From Candidatus Eiseniibacteriota bacterium (lineage in GTDB: Bacteria > Joyebacterota > Joyebacteria > Joyebacterales > Joyebacteraceae), in the NCBI GenBank assembly GCA_030595835.1, contig JAUVLG010000003.1, positions 952 to 64,951 of the forward strand: a stretch of 64,000 nucleotides of DNA, given 5' to 3'. Below are positions 59,906 to 64,000 of this stretch, piece by piece; position 1 is the stretch's first letter, and every line of letters starts with the position of its first letter. Below the pieces are notes generated by a model. The model worked only from the letters and a program-made list of their open reading frames with translations, searched no databases and was not told where the DNA came from. A program made the translations under genes and the position numbers.

Positions 59906-60862
59906 CTACCCCTCCGTGTACTCGCCCATGGACATGAACTTCTCGAGGCGGCCGCGCACCAGTTCCACCGGTGACAGCTGTTCGAGTTCCGCCAGGTGGC
60001 GCTCTATCGCCTCGCCCACGTGCCTCGCCGTCCTCTCCGGGTCTCTGTGCGCACCTCCACCGGGCTCGGGGATGATCTCGTCGATCACACCGAGCTTCTC
60101 GAGGTCACGCGCGGTAATCTTCATGGCCTCGGCGGCCTCGCCGGCCCGCGCCGCGTCCCTGAACAGGATGGAAGCGCACCCCTCAGGCGTTATGACCGAG
60201 TAAACGGAATACTCGAGCATCAGCACCCGGTCGCCGACGCCGATGCCCAGCGCTCCCCCGCTGCCACCCTCACCGATGATCACGACGACGATCGGGACCG
60301 GAAGCCGCGACATCTCGCGGAGATTGCGGGCGATAGCCACGGCCTGCCCGCGCTCCTCCGCTCCTATTCCGGGCCACGCCCCGGGCGTGTCCACGAAGGC
60401 GATGATCGGACGCCCGAACTTCGCGGCCATCCTCATCAGGCGAAGTGCCTTCCTGTAACCCTCGGGGTGAGCGGAGCCGAAGTTGCGGAGGATGTTCTCC
60501 TTGGTATCGCGTCCCTTCTGATGGCCGACGATGACTACCTTGCGGCCGCCGAAGATCCCGAGCCCTCCGATGAGAGCGCCGTCGTCCCCGAATGTCCTGT
60601 CGCCGTGCAGTTCCACGAAATCGACGCCTATCATACGAAGGTAATCGAAGGTGTACGGCCTTCGCGGATGCCGTGCGATCTGTGTAATCTGCCAGCGTGT
60701 GAGCTTGCCGTAGATCTGGCGCCTGAGATCCCCCGCCTTGGCCTCGAGTTTGGAAAGCTCCTTGGCCACATCGATGTTCTGGTCGTCGGCGAAGCTCCTG
60801 AGCTCATCGATCCTGGACTCCAGTTCCAGGAGCGGCTTCTCGAACTCAAGCCATCCAGCCAT
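59906..60862 (-). CDS. accA: Acetyl-CoA carboxylase carboxyltransferase, alpha subunit.
   Basis: The protein aligns with AccA over its full length (LEFEKPLLELESRIDEL..., FGGRKVVIVGHQKGR, IIGEGGSGGALG). Confidence 0.9.
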   Translation of the reverse strand: MAGWLEFEKPLLELESRIDELRSFADDQNIDVAKELSKLEAKAGDLRRQIYGKLTRWQITQIARHPRRPYTFDYLRMIGVDFVELHGDRTFGDDGALIGGLGIFGGRKVVIVGHQKGRDTKENILRNFGSAHPEGYRKALRLMRMAAKFGRPIIAFVDTPGAWPGIGAEERGQAVAIARNLREMSRLPVPIVVVIIGEGGSGGALGIGVGDRVLMLEYSVYSVITPEGCASILFRDAARAGEAAEAMKITARDLEKLGVIDEIIPEPGGGAHRDPERTARHVGEAIERHLAELEQLSPVELVRGRLEKFMSMGEYTEG

Positions 60863-60929
60863 AATCGCTGCTCCGTTTCATGAGACCCGGAACGTCGGGT
60901 CACAGGGCTTCAGCTCTGAGCGGGCCCTA

Positions 60930-61673
60930 CTAGAAGCTGTCGTAGAAAACAAACGCCAGCGCCCTCGATGACAGCTCCGGCGAGCCGTTCGGGCCGACGA
61001 GATTCCTGAAGTAGAAATCAATCTCAAGCTGCTCCCCGAAGATCCACCTGAGCCCCGCGTTCAGATAGCCCGTCTTGTCATCCGAGCCGTCTTCGTTCCT
61101 CGTGGTTCCGAGCTGGTACTCGGCCATCACGGAGAATTCCTCGGAGAACCTGGCCGACACCCCGACGAAGTAGTCGGGATTCGTCTTGTCGATCTCCAGC
61201 GTTCTCGAAACAGCGCCATGGAACTCCCAGAATTCGGAGAACGGTGCAGTCTTGACCGCAACCACATATATGCCCTGGGACGCCTTCTCGTAGCCGCCAT
61301 CGGATATCTGGGAGCCGTGCCCCCTGGAATCGTAACCTATGGCCAGGCCGGGAACGACGTCGTATTCCTCGGCCAGCCGGATCTTCAGCTCGAACGCGAC
61401 TTCATTGTCCCAGTCGGGTTCGCCTACACCGATGACGTTCGCGGCGCCGTAGCTGACCCCCGCCGAGACGTACTGCGTGACGCCGATGACGAAGCTGGTC
61501 CGGACGCCGCCATCCGGCACCGCGCGCACGCCCAGCGAATAGCCGGCCCGGGGCAACAGATGGGCCGTCTGAACGTCCACGAGTCGCGTGAACGAGTCGC
61601 CGTAGCCCACGGCCTCCGAGGGGACACAGAGCAGAAGCAACGAGAGGGCCGCAAGAGCCCCAATTTGACGCAT
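60930..61673 (-). CDS. Small outer-membrane beta-barrel protein (OmpA/OmpW-like size), unknown function.
   Basis: The start is ATG at 61673 (MRQIGALAALSLLLLCVPSEA, a signal peptide). It has alternating hydrophobic strands and a C-terminal Phe (FVFYDSF). Confidence 0.55.
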   Translation of the reverse strand: MRQIGALAALSLLLLCVPSEAVGYGDSFTRLVDVQTAHLLPRAGYSLGVRAVPDGGVRTSFVIGVTQYVSAGVSYGAANVIGVGEPDWDNEVAFELKIRLAEEYDVVPGLAIGYDSRGHGSQISDGGYEKASQGIYVVAVKTAPFSEFWEFHGAVSRTLEIDKTNPDYFVGVSARFSEEFSVMAEYQLGTTRNEDGSDDKTGYLNAGLRWIFGEQLEIDFYFRNLVGPNGSPELSSRALAFVFYDSF

Positions 61674-61751
61674 CTTACCGACCCTCCAAGCGCTCATGGT
61701 ATGCCCCGAGATCCTGCCGCGAAATATAGCAACTGCCCACCAGGCTGTCAA

Positions 61752-64000
61752 TTAGAAACCCGGCTCGGGCACGCGTGCGGTCGCCACGGAACCCGTCAGC
61801 ATCACGCCGGTCTCCCCCACGATGTCCTCCAACCGGTCCAGAAGCTCCCTGGAGGGCTCGATCCGAATCCCGCCCGTGGAGATCGTGACGTCCTCACCGG
61901 ACCCAGCCTTCACCACGATGTCTACGGGACACCTGCCACCGTGCGACAGCAACACGTCCCTTAAGCTCTCAAGCATCGTCTCCTCGAAACCCACAGACGA
62001 AATGGTGATGGTCATCCGCTCAACAAACCTCCCGTGAGCGGCTCCCAGCGAGACGACGTCAGCCGCAATGACCTTGGGTTCTTCGTCTTCCCTCGTCGAG
62101 ACCTTCCCATCAACGATCACCGCCGCGTCGCGGTGGATCACCTCGTTCTTCTTGGCGTATATGCTGGAGAACACGACCAGTTCCACACTACCGGAGAAGT
62201 CCTCGAGCGTGACGAACGCCATCTGCTCACCCTTGCGGTCCGTCGTGGTCTTGACGTGGGTGATGATGCCACCCAATCGGACGGGCTCGGCGTCCTCCAT
62301 CTCGGCCAGATCGGCGGTGGTGGCCGTGGCAAATGTCTGGAGCTCCTTCTCGTAGCGTGCGAGCGGGTGGCCCGAGACATACATCCCCAGAACCTCTTTC
62401 TCCTTCGCGAGCGCGACACCGTCCGCCCACGGCGTCGCCTCGGGCAGCTTCCTCGGCCGCGGGTCCTCACCCGCTCCGGCCTCCAAGACATCCATGAGCG
62501 ACGTCTGCCCGGAGTTCCGCTCCTGCTGCACCCGCTGGCCGAGGTCCAGGGCGGCCCCGATGACCTGGTACTGCTGGGCCCGGTGTCCGTGAAGCCCGTC
62601 GAGAGCGCCAGCGGCCACCAGGCTCTCGAGCACCCTGCGGTTCACCAGCCTGAGATCGATGCGGCTCGTCAGGTCGAAGATGTCCTCGAACGAACCGTGC
62701 TCGCGTCTGGCGGCGACGATCGACTTTACCGCGGAACGTCCCACGTTCTTGACGGCCGAAAGGCCAAACTGGATGTCAGCGCGCGGCGTCGCGCGGAACC
62801 CGACGTGCCCCTCGTTGACGTCCGGAGGCAACACGCGTATACCCAGCCTCCGGCACTCTCCCGTCAGTACTACGACGCGGTCCGAGTTATCCATCTCGCT
62901 CGTGAGGGTCGCCGCCATGAACTCCGGCGCGAAGTGAGTCTTCAGATAAGCGGTCCGAACCGCCAGTACCGCGTAGCAGGCGCTGTGAGGCTTGTTGAAG
63001 CCGTACCCGGAGAAGAACTCCATCTGGTCAAAGACCTTGACCGCCGTCTTCTTGGGAATCCCGTTCGCCTCGCAGCCCGTCAGGAAGTCCTCTCTCTGCG
63101 TGGCCATCTGCTCGACGACCTTCTTCCGCATCGCGTTTAGGAGGACGTCCGCCTGACTCATCGTGAAACCGGCCAGCGCACTCGAGATCTGCATGACCTG
63201 CTCCTGATAGGCCATGACGCCGTAGGTCTCCTCCAGCACGGGCGCGAGCTTCGGGTGGACGTAGGTGACCTTCTGCCTGCCGTGCTTCCGCTTGACGTAG
63301 TCGTCGACCATTCCTGAGCCCAGGGGGCCCGGACGAAAGAGGGCGTTGACCGCGGTCATGTCCTCGAGCCGCTCCGGCTTGACCTTGCGAAGGAGATCGC
63401 GCATCCCGGACGACTCGACCTGGAAGACACCGATCGTGTGGCCGGTCCCGAGAAGCTCGTAGGTCTCCGAATCGTCCAGCGGGATGGCGTCAGGCTCGAG
63501 ATCAACCCCGCGGTTCTCCTTGATCATAGCTAGGGCGTCATGGATGACGGTCAGCGTGCGGAGCCCGAGGAAGTCGAACTTGAGGAGGCCGATCTTGGCG
63601 AGCGAGTTCATGGGGTACTGCGTCGTTATCTCGCCCTTGTTCGACTTGTACAGCGGCGCCCAGTCGTCGATCCTACCGGGCGCTATGATGACGCCTGCGG
63701 CGTGCACTGACGCGTGGCGCGCCAGCCCCTCGAGGTCACCAGCGTAGTCCAGGAGCTTGGCGTACCGCTCGTCCGAGTCCCGAAGCGCCTTGAGCTCAGG
63801 CGCTTTCACAAGAGCCTCGTCGAGCGTGATGTTGAGTTCACGGGGGACCATCTTCGCAACGCGATCGACCTCGGAGTACGAGAACTTGAGCGCCCGTCCG
63901 ACGTCACGGATGGCCGCCCGGGCCTGCATGGTCCCGAACGTGATGATCTGCGCCACCGACGCGCGCCCGTACTTCTCGGTGACGTACTCGATGATCTCGC
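61752..64000 (-). CDS. dnaE: DNA polymerase III alpha subunit, C-terminal part (5'-truncated by the window edge).
   Basis: AQIITFGTMQARAAIRDVGRAL..., the fingers/beta-binding region and an OB-fold tail are present. The reading frame continues open to position 64000. Confidence 0.9.
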   Translation of the reverse strand, partial: EIIEYVTEKYGRASVAQIITFGTMQARAAIRDVGRALKFSYSEVDRVAKMVPRELNITLDEALVKAPELKALRDSDERYAKLLDYAGDLEGLARHASVHAAGVIIAPGRIDDWAPLYKSNKGEITTQYPMNSLAKIGLLKFDFLGLRTLTVIHDALAMIKENRGVDLEPDAIPLDDSETYELLGTGHTIGVFQVESSGMRDLLRKVKPERLEDMTAVNALFRPGPLGSGMVDDYVKRKHGRQKVTYVHPKLAPVLEETYGVMAYQEQVMQISSALAGFTMSQADVLLNAMRKKVVEQMATQREDFLTGCEANGIPKKTAVKVFDQMEFFSGYGFNKPHSACYAVLAVRTAYLKTHFAPEFMAATLTSEMDNSDRVVVLTGECRRLGIRVLPPDVNEGHVGFRATPRADIQFGLSAVKNVGRSAVKSIVAARREHGSFEDIFDLTSRIDLRLVNRRVLESLVAAGALDGLHGHRAQQYQVIGAALDLGQRVQQERNSGQTSLMDVLEAGAGEDPRPRKLPEATPWADGVALAKEKEVLGMYVSGHPLARYEKELQTFATATTADLAEMEDAEPVRLGGIITHVKTTTDRKGEQMAFVTLEDFSGSVELVVFSSIYAKKNEVIHRDAAVIVDGKVSTREDEEPKVIAADVVSLGAAHGRFVERMTITISSVGFEETMLESLRDVLLSHGGRCPVDIVVKAGSGEDVTISTGGIRIEPSRELLDRLEDIVGETGVMLTGSVATARVPEPGF

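Overview
This is a high-GC bacterial chromosomal segment (about two-thirds G+C by eye, not computed). It is very gene-dense and almost every gene is on the minus strand; only two small genes (16620..16913 and 17147..18046) are on the plus strand. I saw no rRNA, tRNA, CRISPR array, transposase or integrase.

Main blocks, in minus-strand reading order (high to low coordinate):
- Partial dnaE, a small outer-membrane barrel, accA, a DUF457-like membrane protein and a frameshifted CBS-pair remnant.
- A tightly packed envelope and secretion block of about 16 kb (59113 down to 42802): a C25 peptidase (PorU-like) and an M6 metalloprotease with FG-GAP repeats, both carrying a type IX secretion (T9SS) C-terminal domain; a PorV-like barrel; two paralogous secreted proteins; an NHL propeller; a 1139-aa outer-membrane barrel; and an Omp85 (BamA/TamA)-like protein.
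- ligA, thiC and an exonuclease-DinG helicase fusion, joined by stop-start junctions, running directly into a histidine-utilisation block (hutU, hutI, glutamate formimidoyltransferase, cyclodeaminase).
- A lipoprotein, a membrane protein and a secreted protein of unknown function.
- comEA, then an NtrC-type sigma-54 sensor kinase and response regulator.
- rsmD, coaD, a GlcD-like FAD oxidase, obg, dprA, a DUF362-ferredoxin protein and an LpxL-family acyltransferase.
- Two plus-strand genes: DUF3467 with a near-consensus sigma-70 promoter and a palindrome, and a secreted protein.
- A 287-aa protein made of three tandem repeats of an unrecognised domain; a split hldE (separate kinase and adenylyltransferase ORFs); a COG2403 (cyclic 2,3-diphosphoglycerate synthetase-like) GTPase.
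- A long energy-metabolism operon: sucC, sucD, a four-subunit 2-oxoacid:ferredoxin oxidoreductase in delta-alpha-beta-gamma order, ndk, a NuoE-like gene, a NuoF-like gene and a 1244-aa FeS/flavin fusion protein, ending at rpmF.

The observations I think most deserve follow-up:
- The three-gene Stn-like (electron-bifurcating-type) module, whose large subunit combines a GltD module with a NuoG/formate-dehydrogenase-like scaffold that appears to lack a catalytic residue.
- Its co-operonic link to sucCD, the 2-oxoacid:ferredoxin oxidoreductase and ndk.
- The triple-repeat protein of unknown family.
- A porU/porV-like T9SS cargo block in a high-GC, probably non-Bacteroidetes lineage (FCB-group-like; this is inference).

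All calls come from reading the translated ORFs and the nucleotide sequence by eye. No database searches were run.
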